In this document: one piece after another, positions 28,691 to 41,457 of the stretch
How positions within the stretch are numbered: position 1 is the stretch's first letter
Layout of the letters: the number at the start of each line of letters is the position of its first letter
Source: Eledone cirrhosa
Taxonomy: Eukaryota
Reading direction: 5' to 3'
Assembly (NCBI GenBank): GCA_964016885.1
Contig: CAXHJY010000664.1
Coordinates: 16,739-80,738 of the forward strand
Length of the DNA stretch: 64,000 bases
Notes under the pieces: model-generated
What the model saw: the letters and a program-made list of their open reading frames with translations, nothing else
Told to the model about the DNA's origin: nothing
The model's database searches: none
Program-made: the position numbers and the translations under genes

Positions 28691-28808
28691 ACATATATAT
28701 ATATATATCACACAAACGTTGCCATATTCGTTACATGCACATATTACAAATATATGTTTGTGTGTTTCTATACGAATCAATGTAATCCCTAAGGCTTCAT
28801 ATATAAAC

Positions 28809-28855
<47 letters not shown>

Positions 28856-29352
28856 GATATATATGTATATACACCTTTATACATACATACGCATACGTGT
28901 GTGTGTGTATATTTATAAGCGATACATATATATATATATATACGTGTAAATACATATATACACACACATATATATATATATATAAATATATATATACACA
29001 TACATGTCTATAAATACATGTCTATACATACACATATATATATATACATGTATATACATACATATAAACACACACATGTATATACGTACATATATATGTA
29101 CATGAATAGACATATACATATACTTACATATAAGCACGCACACATATATATATGTTAGTGTACTCTTATACATGTACCCCCCCTCCCCACCACCACACAC
29201 ACACACAAAGAAAAAGGAAAAAAAATGCAATGAACGGTTGAAGACTAATTGGTATTAAAGCAATGAGAAGGTGGGGGGGGGGGTTGAGAAAGTGTATGAG
29301 CGAGAGTGAGTGAGTGAATGAGAGAGAGAGAGAGAGAGTGAGTGAGTGAGTG

Positions 29353-29389
<37 letters not shown>

Positions 29390-29750
29390 TGAGTGAGTGA
29401 GTGAGTGAGTGAGAGTGAATGAGAGAGAGAGTGAGAGTGAGTGAGAGTGAGAGTGAATGAGAGTGAGAGTGAGAGTGAATGAATGAGAGAGAGAGAATGA
29501 ATGAGAGAGAGAGAATGAATGAGAGAGAGAGAGAGAGAATGAATGAGAGAGAGAGAGTGAATGAATGAGAGAGAGGGAGAGAGAAAGTGAATGAGAGAGA
29601 GAGAGGTGGAGATAAAAAGAGAGCGAGTGATAGTGAAGTTGAGAGACAGAAAGAAAGAAAGAGAGAGAGAGAGAGAGGTGGTGACAAAAAGAGAGCAAAG
29701 AGAGGGAGAAAGAGACAAAGGAGTGATTTAGTGAATAATAATAGTACTAC

Positions 29751-29783
<33 letters not shown>

Positions 29784-29825
29784 GTGGGGGTAAGGGAGAG
29801 GACGAAAAAAAAATCAAACGAAGAA

Positions 29826-30065
29826 ACATGCAAATTCGAAAGTGAAAGTGAAACCAGACACAAATGGCGGCGCTTAGATGGAATAGATTACTAGAGAAGA
29901 AATATAATTCGGCGATTAATTGTCTGGGAAATTAAACGCCAAAGTAAATATTGCCAACATCTCTATGATGGGTCATCACCTGTGGCGCGCTCTTCACTGC
30001 AGCTACAGAGCTTTTGTGTGTTTTTCATCTATTGTTTTCGCCTGCAAACTCCGGGGGAATTCTCA
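29826..30065. promoter_or_regulatory. Candidate promoter/enhancer island
   Basis: Unique, CpG-containing island with ATGCAAAT (29828), GAAAGTGAAAGTGAAACC (29838; IRF/PRDM1 type), AAATGGCGG (29862; YY1 type) and GGGAATTCTC (30055; kappaB-like). Motif matches only. Confidence 0.4.
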
Positions 30066-30218
30066 TCATGTCTCTATCGCGTGCCGCCATGGATAGCATG
30101 CTGTCACTGTTGGTTTTTCTTTTGCTTTGCTTTTGCCCGCTCCATCTACTTTTGCCGTGAAAAGAATCAAGAATCATCCAGGTTGAAGCAAGTGGAAAAG
30201 ACTTCCTCACTCCCACCC

Positions 30219-30258
<40 letters not shown>

Positions 30259-30432
30259 CAGACACACACAGACACACACACACACTCACATGGGCAGCGC
30301 AATACTTTCTGCCAGAGTATTGCAGGGTACAAAATACAACCAAACAAACATTCTATAATGCACACACAAACGAACACCAACTCGTAATTATATACATATA
30401 TACACATATGCATATACATATACATATATATA

Positions 30433-30535
<103 letters not shown>

Positions 30536-30634
30536 AGTTGTATGTATAGATAGTGGCTGTGTATATATACGTATGTGTATATATACTTGTGTGCATGTGA
30601 TGGAAGAAATACAAAGAGGAACAAAAAGAAAATA

Positions 30635-30679
<45 letters not shown>

Positions 30680-30688
30680 TGTGTGTGT

Positions 30689-30745
<57 letters not shown>

Positions 30746-30769
30746 TGTGTGTGTGTGTGTGTGGATATA

Positions 30770-31910
30770 CCATCATGACAATCATAACGGTCATCATTAT
30801 CACTAATTTCATCGTCATTACCATCATCATCACCATCATCACCATCACCATCGTCATTATCATCATCATCACCATCATAAGCGTCACCACTATCATCATC
30901 ATCATCGTTATAACAATTTACAGTTACCCTTAAAATACGTCGTCACCTCTACAACCAGCATCAGCCCGAATCCTACCACTACGACCACCACCAAGACAAC
31001 CATCACTACCACCAACACTAATACAACTACTTTCACATCTATCCCAACCACCACCACCACCACCAATAGCACAACTACTATCACCACCACAAATACCTCC
31101 ATTATTACCAATACCACCAGGACCACCAATACCACCATTATTACCATACCAGCGCAACCACCATTGTAACCACCAATACCATCAAACACCAATACCACTA
31201 ATACCACCTTCATTATGAATACCACCCCACCACCTCCACCACCACAACCAACAATACCACGCCCACTACTAACACTACCATCCTTACCACTCCACCTCCA
31301 CCACCTCTGTCACAACCAGCACCATCAGCAACAACACCACCACCATTACTACCACCTCCACCAGCTCCTCTACAACGACCCCACCACCACCATCAGCTCC
31401 TCCACAACGACCCCACCACCACCACCACCATTACTACCACCATCACCACCTCCACCAGCTCCTCTACAACGACCCAACCACCATCACCACCTCTACAACG
31501 ACCCCACCACCATCACCACCAGCTCCTCCACAACGACCCCACCACCACCACCACCATTACTACCACTACCACCATCACCACCTCCACCAGCTCCTCTACA
31601 ACGACCCAACCACCATCACCACCTCTACAACGACCACCCCACCATCACCACCAGCTCCTCTACAACGACCCCACCACCACCACCACCTCCTCTACAACTA
31701 CAAACAAAACCACCACACCATCACCACCACTGCCATCACCACCATCACTACCACCACCACCATCACCACCATCACCACCACAACCATCACCACCATCAGC
31801 ACCAATACCATCACTACCACCACCACCTTCACCACCATCACCAGCACCACCACCATCACCACTACCATCACCACCACCACCAACACCACCATCACTAGCA
31901 CCACCACCTT
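30770..31910. repeat. (CAT)n/(CAC)n low-complexity tract
   Basis: Visible. Confidence 0.9.
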
Positions 31911-32245
31911 TTGTTTTCTAGCTGTGTTTATCTTTTCGTCATTCAATTTGACTAATTAATGTCGACGGAATAAAATATTTTATAATTTTATGTAAGAAAA
32001 ACAAACAAACATGACGTGTGAAAAACAACAACGAACACAACAACGAACACAACACAACACAACACAAACAACAGCAACAATAACAACAACAACACCATCA
32101 CCACTTCAAACAACAACAATAACATCAACACTAACACCAGCAGCAACCATAAAAACAACGCCATCACCATCAACAACTGAATGACACAGCAGAGTAATCT
32201 GGCAAATAGCGCCATTTTAATTGAAGAGCTTCAAACCTTCGCGAG

Positions 32246-32289
<44 letters not shown>

Positions 32290-33341
32290 TATATACACAC
32301 ACATATATACATACATATATACATATACATACACACACATATATATATATGTGTATATATACACATACATATATATACATACATATATACATATACATAC
32401 ACACACATATATATATATGTGTATATATACACATACATATATATACATACATACATACATACATACATAATACATACATACATACATACATACACACAAA
32501 TATATACATATCTATATATATATATATACATATATACATAAACATACATAAACATACATACATATATACATACATAATACATACATACATACACACAAAT
32601 ATATACATATCTATATCTATATATATATATATATATATACATAAACATACATACATACAAACAAATATATACATATCTATATCTATATATATATACATAT
32701 ATACATAAACATACATACATACAAACAAATATATACATATCTATATCTATATATATATATATATATATACATATATACATAAACATACATACATATACAC
32801 ATATATATATACAAACTTATACACATACATATATATATATATATATACATATGCATATACGTATGTGTACATATATATATATTATATACATATGTGTGTG
32901 TGTGTACATGTATCTATATTATAAACATACATATATGTGTGTGTATGCATCTATATGTATGTAATAATGTGCATACATGCGTGTGTGTGTGTATGTGTAT
33001 ATATATATATATGCACACACACACACACACACACACACATACATATATATATACGAATATATTATTTGCATTTATTTCCCTTTTTTAATACCTTAATGAG
33101 AGGAGTTCAATTCAACAAATTAATTACAGAGCTTGATAAGAAGTTTGTTTTTTTTCTTCTTTAATTTCACTCGTTGCAAACGGCAACTTACAGAATAGAG
33201 AACATTTCAGAATACAATAAAATATTCTTTGCTAGGGTATAACGCCATCTTTAAAATAATCTCACACCAACATCAAAATATTCACCTCTCGTTCTTTACT
33301 GCTTTTGCCCTTACGCATAACACTGATTATGTCTGTGTGAG

Positions 33342-33886
33342 TGTCGCATGGTCAGGTCGTCGCCGACTAAACCGGCAACCCTATCAAGTTTACTTGGTGA
33401 GGAGGGTGATTTTGGATACCCTGCAGGACAAATAACAAAACCTGACAAAGGGCGGAAGAATTCATAAGAGTCAATGGCCATCCAAAAATATGTAAATATG
33501 TATATATGTATGTCTATATGTGTATATATGCGCGGGGACAGAAATAATCGGGCTGGATACACGATCGCACGGTTAAACCACTGGGGGTGAATGACCCCTA
33601 GCCTTTGTCTGAGCATTTTTCTAGGAGAAGGCAACTCAGGAAACTGGGATAACTCCGACATAAAACCTGCGGCTCAGTAGTTACCGGTGATATTGATCTT
33701 TTCTTCTTTTCGGGTTATAGCTACTGTCTCTCAGAGAGTGGGATTGGCTCAATGCACAGTCTTTCCTCACTTAAAAAAATCTTCACACACAGGCATTGCA
33801 CAATAGCATCAATTGATAATTATTAATAATGCTATATCGTGCAATGGCCATACTCGATAACAACGGGGCAGCCATCATGTATGTAT
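33342..33886 (+). mobile_element. Divergent family B relative, near full length, split by a short microsatellite
   Basis: Shares GACTAAAC.GGCAACC, GAGTCAATGGCCATCCAAAA, CTAGGAGAAGG and the GGCAGCCA.C(ATGT)n tail. Confidence 0.75.
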
Positions 33887-33889
33887 GTT

Positions 33890-34072
33890 ATCTCTTTCTC
33901 CTACTTTCGAGTACATTTTTCACGGGTCACCTTTCTGGTGGCAAGGTTGTAAAAGAAAAGCAATTGTCATCCCTTGAATCGCAAGAACGTTTTGCAAATT
34001 TTGAAGGTGCCAGCTATCGCAGCCATTTGTAGTCTATGAATTAGGGAGCTGCGCTCTTTGTCCACATATCCA
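33890..34072 (-). mobile_element. Second R4/Dong-like 3' fragment
   Basis: Minus strand GYVDKERSSLIHRLQMAAIAGTFKICKTFLRFKG* aligns with the 18.5-kb C-terminus (LQ..SI.GTVKICKTF). Confidence 0.65.
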
Positions 34073-34983
34073 TATTTATGTATATGTGTATGTATGATTG
34101 TATGTATATATATATGTGGGTATGTAAGTGTGTATGCGTGAGTGTATGCACATATGTATGTAGGTAAGTATGTACGTGTGTGTATATGTGTATGTGTGTT
34201 TGTATGTAAGTGGGAATGTAAGTGTGCGTATGTATGTATATGTATGTATATGTGTGTCTGTGTATCTATGTGAGTTTGTATGTATGTGTATGTATGTGTG
34301 TATGCATGTATGTGTGCATGTGCATGTATGTGTGCATGTGCATGTATGTTCTGGTTTCATAATTAAAAAAAAATGTTTACCAATAGAGATGAGGTTTCTA
34401 ACAGCATATGTGTGTGTATGTATGCATCAATTTATGTATGTATGTGCTCATGTATGTGTGTATGTGTACGTGAATATGACTGTATGTAGGTGTACGTATA
34501 TGACTGATTAACAGTCACACGTGCTTTTTTTTCTCTTATATACCTTTTCTTTCTTTTCTTGTTCACGTCTATCTTCCCTTTTCTTCTTCTCACTCACACT
34601 ATCTATATCTACCGATGAAGGAAGAGCATCCGAAACGTTAAGACTCTTTTCCAACTATATCAAGCGTTTAACTAATATATCATCATTGTATAGTATTGTT
34701 CTTCTGAGTTAGACGGAGAGAAGAGAGACAGACAGACAGACAGACTGATAGACAGACACACAGATGGAGGATAGCACACACACGCACGCACCTACTAATA
34801 CACAATCATATATATATGAAGAAGGTGAGTTTTATTGTAGCACAATAAAGCAATGCAAATATCGGATAAGTAGCACTCAACAGTTTATAGGACTGGAGTA
34901 TAAATAATATAAAATAAATATAAATAATAAATAAAATAAATATAAATAATATAAAATCAAAAGATGGTTAAAAGAGTTCCATA

Positions 34984-35054
34984 TATTCTATTATGCGCAT
35001 TTCAAAAACAAATATCATCATCGGATAATATTTGCGTTCTCATCAGATAAAATA
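34984..35054 (-). ncRNA. Type I hammerhead ribozyme
   Basis: UAUUUUAU-CUGAUGA-GAACGCAAAUAU...AUAUUUGUUUUU-GAAA-UGCGCA-UA^-AUAGAAUA. Confidence 0.8.
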
Positions 35055-35112
35055 TGTTGATTTAACACTTCACTGCTCGCAAGTGCTTTTTAAGCTTCAT
35101 ATCATGTCTCCC

Positions 35113-35180
35113 TATTTTATCTGATGAGAACGCAAATATCATCCGATGATATTTGTTTTTGAAATGCGCATAATAAAATA
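35113..35180 (+). ncRNA. Type I hammerhead ribozyme
   Basis: UAUUUUAU-CUGAUGA(35121)-GAACGCAAAUAUC/GAUAUUUGUUUUU-GAAA(35161)-UGCGCA-UA^(35172)-AUAAAAUA. Confidence 0.85.
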
Positions 35181-35443
35181 CATGGAACTCTTTTAACCAT
35201 CTTTTGATTTTATATTATTGGCAGTATCGGTAGAGGGTTGGACGCCATGTTTTCTAGCAAATACCAGTACATTACTGGTACTTTATTTTATCGACCCCGT
35301 AAGGATGAAAGGCATTTTGAATTAATATTTTGAATTAATATTAATAACTCCAGAAAACTTTCATTGTTGAGTGCTTCTAATCTATTGTAAAACTATATTC
35401 ATTTATTAATCAATGAACCTTGTTTAACTTTTGGTTATATATA

Positions 35444-35478
<35 letters not shown>

Positions 35479-35519
35479 GTGTGTGTAGAGAGAGACAGTA
35501 ATTCGCACACACAGTGTGA

Positions 35520-36640
35520 TGAAAAGGGAGATAAAAAATGATGTACAGCAGGGGAGAGTGGAGTATAGAAGGAGAAAGTGATATCAAAGAAAAGGAATGA
35601 GAGAGAGGAAGGGGTAGAGAGATAGGGAGAGAGTAAGATAGAGAGGTGGAGAGAGCAAGAGAGAGAGAAGAGAGAGAGAGAGCAAGCGGAGAGAAGAAAG
35701 AGGAGAGAGCGAGAGAGCAAGAAAGAGAGGAGAGAGCAAGAGAGAGAGGAGAGAGCAAGAGAGAGAGAAGAGAGAGAGGAGATAGAGAAGAGAGAGAGAG
35801 GAGATAGAGAGAGAGCAAGAGAGAGAGGTGGAGAGATATGGAGAGAGAGAGAGGTGGAGAGATATGGAGAGAGAGAAAGTGATAAAGAGAGAGATTAAGA
35901 GACAAAGACAGAGAGACAGAGATAGTGTATGTGTATGAGTGTGATTGTGTGTGTGTGTGTGTAACGAATAAAGAGAGAAAGAGTGACAGCGAGAGATAGG
36001 AGAGATGAGAGTGAGAGTGTCAGAGAGAAACAATGAGTGAGAAAGAAGTGAGAGGGATGAGAGTAAGAGTAAGATAATGAGAGAGTGAAAGAGATAATGA
36101 GTGAGAGAGAGGTAATGAGTGAGTGAGAGAGAGGTAATGAGCGAGTGAGAGAGAGGTAATGAGCGAGTGAGAGAGAGGTAATGAGCGAGTGAGAGAGAGG
36201 TAATGGGTGAGTGAGAGAGGGGTAATGAGTGAGTGAGAGATAATGAGGGAGTGAGTGAATGACAGTAAGAAAGAACTAAAGAAAGTGAGAGAGATCGGAA
36301 AACGACGAGAGAGAGAGAGAGAAACTGAAAGAGAGAGAGAGAGAAAGTGAGCGAAAGAGAGAGGGTGTGGGAGAGAGAGAAAGATAGAGAGAAAGAGAGA
36401 GAAAGAGGGTGAGAGAAAAAAAAGAGAGAAAAAGAGGGATAGAGAGATATATAGAGAGAGATAGAGAGATATATAGAGAGAGACGAAGAGAGAGAGAGAG
36501 AGAGACGAAGAGAGAGAGACGAAGAGAGAGAGAGACGAAGAGAGAGAGACGAAGAGAGAAAGAGAGAAACAAATATCGAGGATAGAAAAATAGAGAGAGA
36601 AAAAGAAACAGAGTTGGATAGGAGAAAGAAGATGAAGGGG
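35520..36640. repeat. GA-rich polypurine tract
   Basis: Visible. Confidence 0.9.
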
Positions 36641-36905
36641 AAATACTATATATGTGCGCATGCGTCTCAGTTTATTGATTAAAAAACAGACGACAGCTAT
36701 CTCGCCTCCCGGGTCGAAGCCATTAAAGTTAGTTCTGGTTTTCCCTCATAATATTCAAACCAGACTTTAGCAGCTAAGACCGCTTATGTTCATGCAAATT
36801 TCTTCTACTCTTTCATTCGTTGCTTTACTTTGCTATCTTTTTCTCTTTTATTCTTCTTTGATTAGCTTTTATGAGGGTCTTTTTTTTTTTTTATTTACCT
36901 TTTAA

Positions 36906-36941
<36 letters not shown>

Positions 36942-37022
36942 TATATAATCTTTCTTATTTTTTTTTCTTATTTCCCTTTTCGTTGTTATTGTTATTTTGT
37001 TATTGCTCTTTTTCTTCTTCTT

Positions 37023-37790
37023 TTGGTATTGGTGGTGGTGGTGGTAGTGGTGGTGGTGGTTGTGGTGGTGGTGTGTGGTGGTAGTGGTGGTGGTATTAAT
37101 GGTGATGGTATTAGTGGTGGTGGTATTAATGGTGATGGTATTAGTGGTGGTGGTTGTGGTGGTTGTGGTGGTGGTGGTGGTGGTGGTGGTGGTATTAATG
37201 GTAGTAGTGGTGGTGGCGGCGGCGGCGACGGCGGTGGTGGTATTAGGGGTGGTGGCGTATGTGGTGGTGGTGTGTGGTGGTAGTGGTGGTGGTATTAATG
37301 GTGGTGGTATTAGTAGTGGTGGTGGTGATGGTGTGTGGTGGTAGTGGTGGTTATATTAGTAGTGGTGGTAGTAGTGGTGGTGGTGGTTGTGGTGGTGGTG
37401 GTGGTGGTGGTGTGTTGTGATAGTGGTGTTGGTGGTGGTGTGTGATGGTATTAATGGTGGTGGTATTAGTGGTGATGGTGGTGGTGGTGGTGATGGTGCT
37501 GGTGGCGGCGGTGGTGGTATTAGGGGTGGTGGCGTGTGTGGTGGCGGTGGTAGTGGTTGTGGTGATAGTTGTGGTGATAGTGGTGGTTGTGGTAGTGGTG
37601 GGGGTTGTGGTAGTGGTTTCGTTGATATTGATGGTGGTGGTGATGATGGTGGTGGTTGTAGTGCTGATTTCGTTGTTCTTGGTGGTGGTGGTGGTTGTAT
37701 GGCTGATTTTATTGTTGTTGTTGTTAGTGCTGATGATGGTTTTGTGCTGATTATGTTGTTGTTGTTGGTGGTGATGATGTTAATTATAGT
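37023..37790. repeat. (GGT)n low-complexity tract
   Basis: Visible; source of Gly/Val pseudo-ORFs. Confidence 0.9.
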
Positions 37791-37799
37791 TTTGATAAG

Positions 37800-37983
37800 A
37801 GTGGTGGATTGGCAATATCTGTAGAGGGTCGGACGCCATACTTTGCCACATAGAGTTTACGGTCTGAGTTCAAATCCCGCCGAGGTTGACTTTGCCATTC
37901 ATCCTTACGGGGTCGATAAAATAAAGTACCAGTAATACACTGGGGTTATTTGCTGTCCGTGTGCCAAAAGTAGAAACAATTAT
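37800..37983 (+). mobile_element. SINE family A copy
   Basis: Consensus motifs present. Confidence 0.9.
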
Positions 37984-38153
37984 AGTTTTGACATTGTTCG
38001 TGTTGCTATTGTTGTTGTTCATATATTTAATTTTAAATATTTTAAAAGTTCTTATTCAATAATATGAATACATCCGTGTGTGTATGTATCCATATGCGTG
38101 TGTATGTGCGTGTGTATGTGCGTGTGTGTGCATGTGTATGTATGTATGCATGC

Positions 38154-38184
<31 letters not shown>

Positions 38185-39011
38185 GATGGCCATTGACTCT
38201 TAAGAGTCAATGGCCATCCAAAATCACTGGGAGAGATGACCCCTTAGCCTTTGTCAAGGCAGAATTCTAGGAGAAGGAAAACTCTGATATAACAACTGCA
38301 ACCCTGATGGTATCCAATGATGTTACCTTGTTCTTCTTTTTGGTAAATATCATCTTGGTTAAGGGAGTGGGACTGGCTTTGTGCAGTGCCTTTGCTCACT
38401 ATAAAAGCTTCACGGCACAGGCATTGCTTTATATCTGGAGATCTTTCTGCACTTGTCGTTACATGGTACCATGGGCCCAGCACTATGTGTCAATGATTGT
38501 CACAGGTGTAGTGTTTGTACCAGAGTTTTCAAGTCGCTGGCTGGACTAGAAAGTCATATTCGTTCAGCGCATCGGTAGGGGTTCTCCTAGATGGATATAA
38601 AGTATTGGCCGTACTCGAAAACGAGTTGGCAGCCACCATGTATGTATGTATGTATGTATGTATGATATAACACCTGCAACCCTGATGTATCCAATGATGT
38701 TGACTTGTTCTTTTTGGTAAATATCATCTTGGTTAAGAGAGTGGGACTGGCTTTGTGCAGTGCCTTTGCTCACTATAAAAGCTTCATGGCACAGGCATTG
38801 CTTTATATCTGGAGATCTCTCTGAACTTGTCGTCACATGGTACCATGGGTCCAGCACTATGTGTCAATAATTGTCACAAGTGTAGTGTTTGTACCAGAGT
38901 TTTCAAGTCGCTGGCTGGACTAAAAAGTCACACTCGTTCAGCGCATCGGTAGGGGTTCTCCTACATGGATATAAAGTAGTGGCCGTACTCGAAAACGAGT
39001 TGGCAGCCACC
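38185..39011 (+). mobile_element. Two tandem 5'-truncated family B copies (38185-38637, 38664-39011), each with an (ATGT)n tail
   Basis: Near-identical to the reverse complement of 16329-16770. Confidence 0.9.
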
Positions 39012-39208
39012 ATGTATGTATGTATGTATGTATGTATGTATGTATGTATGGGTGTATCAATGAGTGTATATATGCATGTGTGTGTGTCTGCATGTGTGTG
39101 TATGGATGTATGCATGCATGTATATATGCATGTGTGTGTGTATGTACGTATGTATGTAGGTATGCACGTATGCATGCATTCATGTGCGTGTGTATATATG
39201 TATGTGTG

Positions 39209-39239
<31 letters not shown>

Positions 39240-40175
39240 CCATGTCCGTATGTACCCATATTTGTATGTGTATATGTATGTATACATGTGTGTGTATGTG
39301 CATGTATTTATGCATGCGTGTGTGTATGTGTGTATGCGTGGGTGTATCCATGTATGCATATATGCATGTGTGTATATGGATGTATGCATGTGTGTATATA
39401 TGCATGTGTGCATGTAGGCATGTGTGTAGGCATGTGTATGTATGCAAGTGTGTATCCATTGTGCATATATGCATGTGTGTGCATGTATGTATGTGTGTAT
39501 CGGTGTATGCATGTATACATACATACATTATATATATATAATGTACTATTGTAAAACAATAGCGTAAGGTCTTCGAAATGCTTTTAATTAAGCATAAGTG
39601 TATTGCAAAATACACTATATATACATTCATATATATATCGCTATTTCAGAGCACCAATTCTAAGTTTATATATATGCATGGTTTATATATATGCATGTTG
39701 AGGTAAAAACTCACAATATTCCCTTATAACCAAATAAGCTCAAAGAAGAGAGCAATGCCTGTACTATATTTCCTCACTTGATTGCCAAACATAGTACGAT
39801 TTTGAATGTGCCTGGATATAAAATGGTCGGTCTGTATATCTTTAATTTATCCTTTTAATTAATTTGTATTAATTTATCCTTTTAATTAATTTGTATTAAT
39901 TATCCTTTTAATTAATTTGTATAAACTGTTCTATCTGGAGTTAATATATTCGTCATCCCTTATGATTTGAACACGCACATGCGCACGCACACACATATAT
40001 ATATAACAAAAAAGGTATGGTAAGATACCAGGTGGACTATGACGTACCAGAGTACTCGATACTTAGGGTAGTAGAGTGGGTAATAGGAAAAGAGTCAGGA
40101 CAGCAGTCTGCTGGCTCAGTTCGGTTCTAGCTGCTGAAACGGCCGGAGCTCAGCCGTCGGGGTCCTGACTCTTTT

Positions 40176-40268
<93 letters not shown>

Positions 40269-40498
40269 TGTGTGTGTGTATTGATCTTTTACTGCGTTAT
40301 ATATATATATATATAAATTTATATATTTATATTTAACATATATACGCACATTTTTAGACATATTTATACATGCATACATTCATATTCATAATAGACATAT
40401 GCATACATATACGTACTTACACACACACACACATGTGTATATATATATATATATATATAGTTACGTGTACATAACAAAAACATCTAATAATTACTAAC

Positions 40499-40554
40499 CT
40501 GACACACAATCACCGCCATTTTGCTTTTCAACCGTTTAGAAATAATTTTCTTCC
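40499..40554 (-). other. Candidate 56-nt exon
   Basis: Minus strand ATTTATTTTTCAG|GGAAG...AAAATGGCGGTGATTGTGTGTCAG|GTTAGT; one open frame (KKIISKRLKSKMAVIVCQ). Splice signals only. Confidence 0.3.
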
Positions 40555-40587
40555 CTGAAAAAATAAATATTTACTACCACCACCACC

Positions 40588-40620
<33 letters not shown>

Positions 40621-41176
40621 ACTACTACTACTACTACTACTACCAATAATAATAATAATAATAATAATAGTAGTAGTAGTAATAACAATCATAATAATAA
40701 TATTAATAATAATAATAATTAGGCTACTTTAGATTAAATTTGCAAATCTTTCTTTTTTTATATTCTCCAACAAATTTTCCAATTGAAATATAACATAGCG
40801 ACAACAATTTCGTTATGACGACTTTTAAAAATAATTCTAATTCATTTTTCATGTTTTAATTTGAATGTTTTATATTTAACTTTAATTTCAAATTTTTTGA
40901 ATTTCTTAATTTATATTTTTCTTCTTCCATATCTTTTAATTTTAAATTTGTTAAGAAAAAAAAAATTTCTTTTCGAATTTTTTTTGGGTTATATATATTT
41001 CATTTTCTTCATATAGTCTCACTTAAAGCTACACTATATAGAAAACTCCAGCTCTGCCTGACTTATGTAGGTTTGCATGTCTAAGTCTTGATTTGTCTTT
41101 TTATTTTTTTGTTTTTACTTTCTTCCTTTTTTTCCTATTTAAATTTTCGTTCTTTCTTTCCTTATGTATGTGTGCG

Positions 41177-41237
<61 letters not shown>

Positions 41238-41310
41238 ATTTATATGTATGTATATATATATTTAAATGCATGTATATATATATTTATTTATATGCATGTA
41301 TATATATATG

Positions 41311-41341
<31 letters not shown>

Positions 41342-41394
41342 CATGTATATATATATGCATATATATATAGTTTATTAGGTTCGCGCTTTTGAGA

Positions 41395-41457
<63 letters not shown>

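Larger units (their letters stand above)
34821..35219 (-). mobile_element. Non-autonomous Penelope-like fold-back element (module 2)
   Basis: Inverted arms 34945-35054 / 35113-35219, a spacer and a single-copy tail (34821-34902), all homologous to 54176-54535. Confidence 0.75.
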
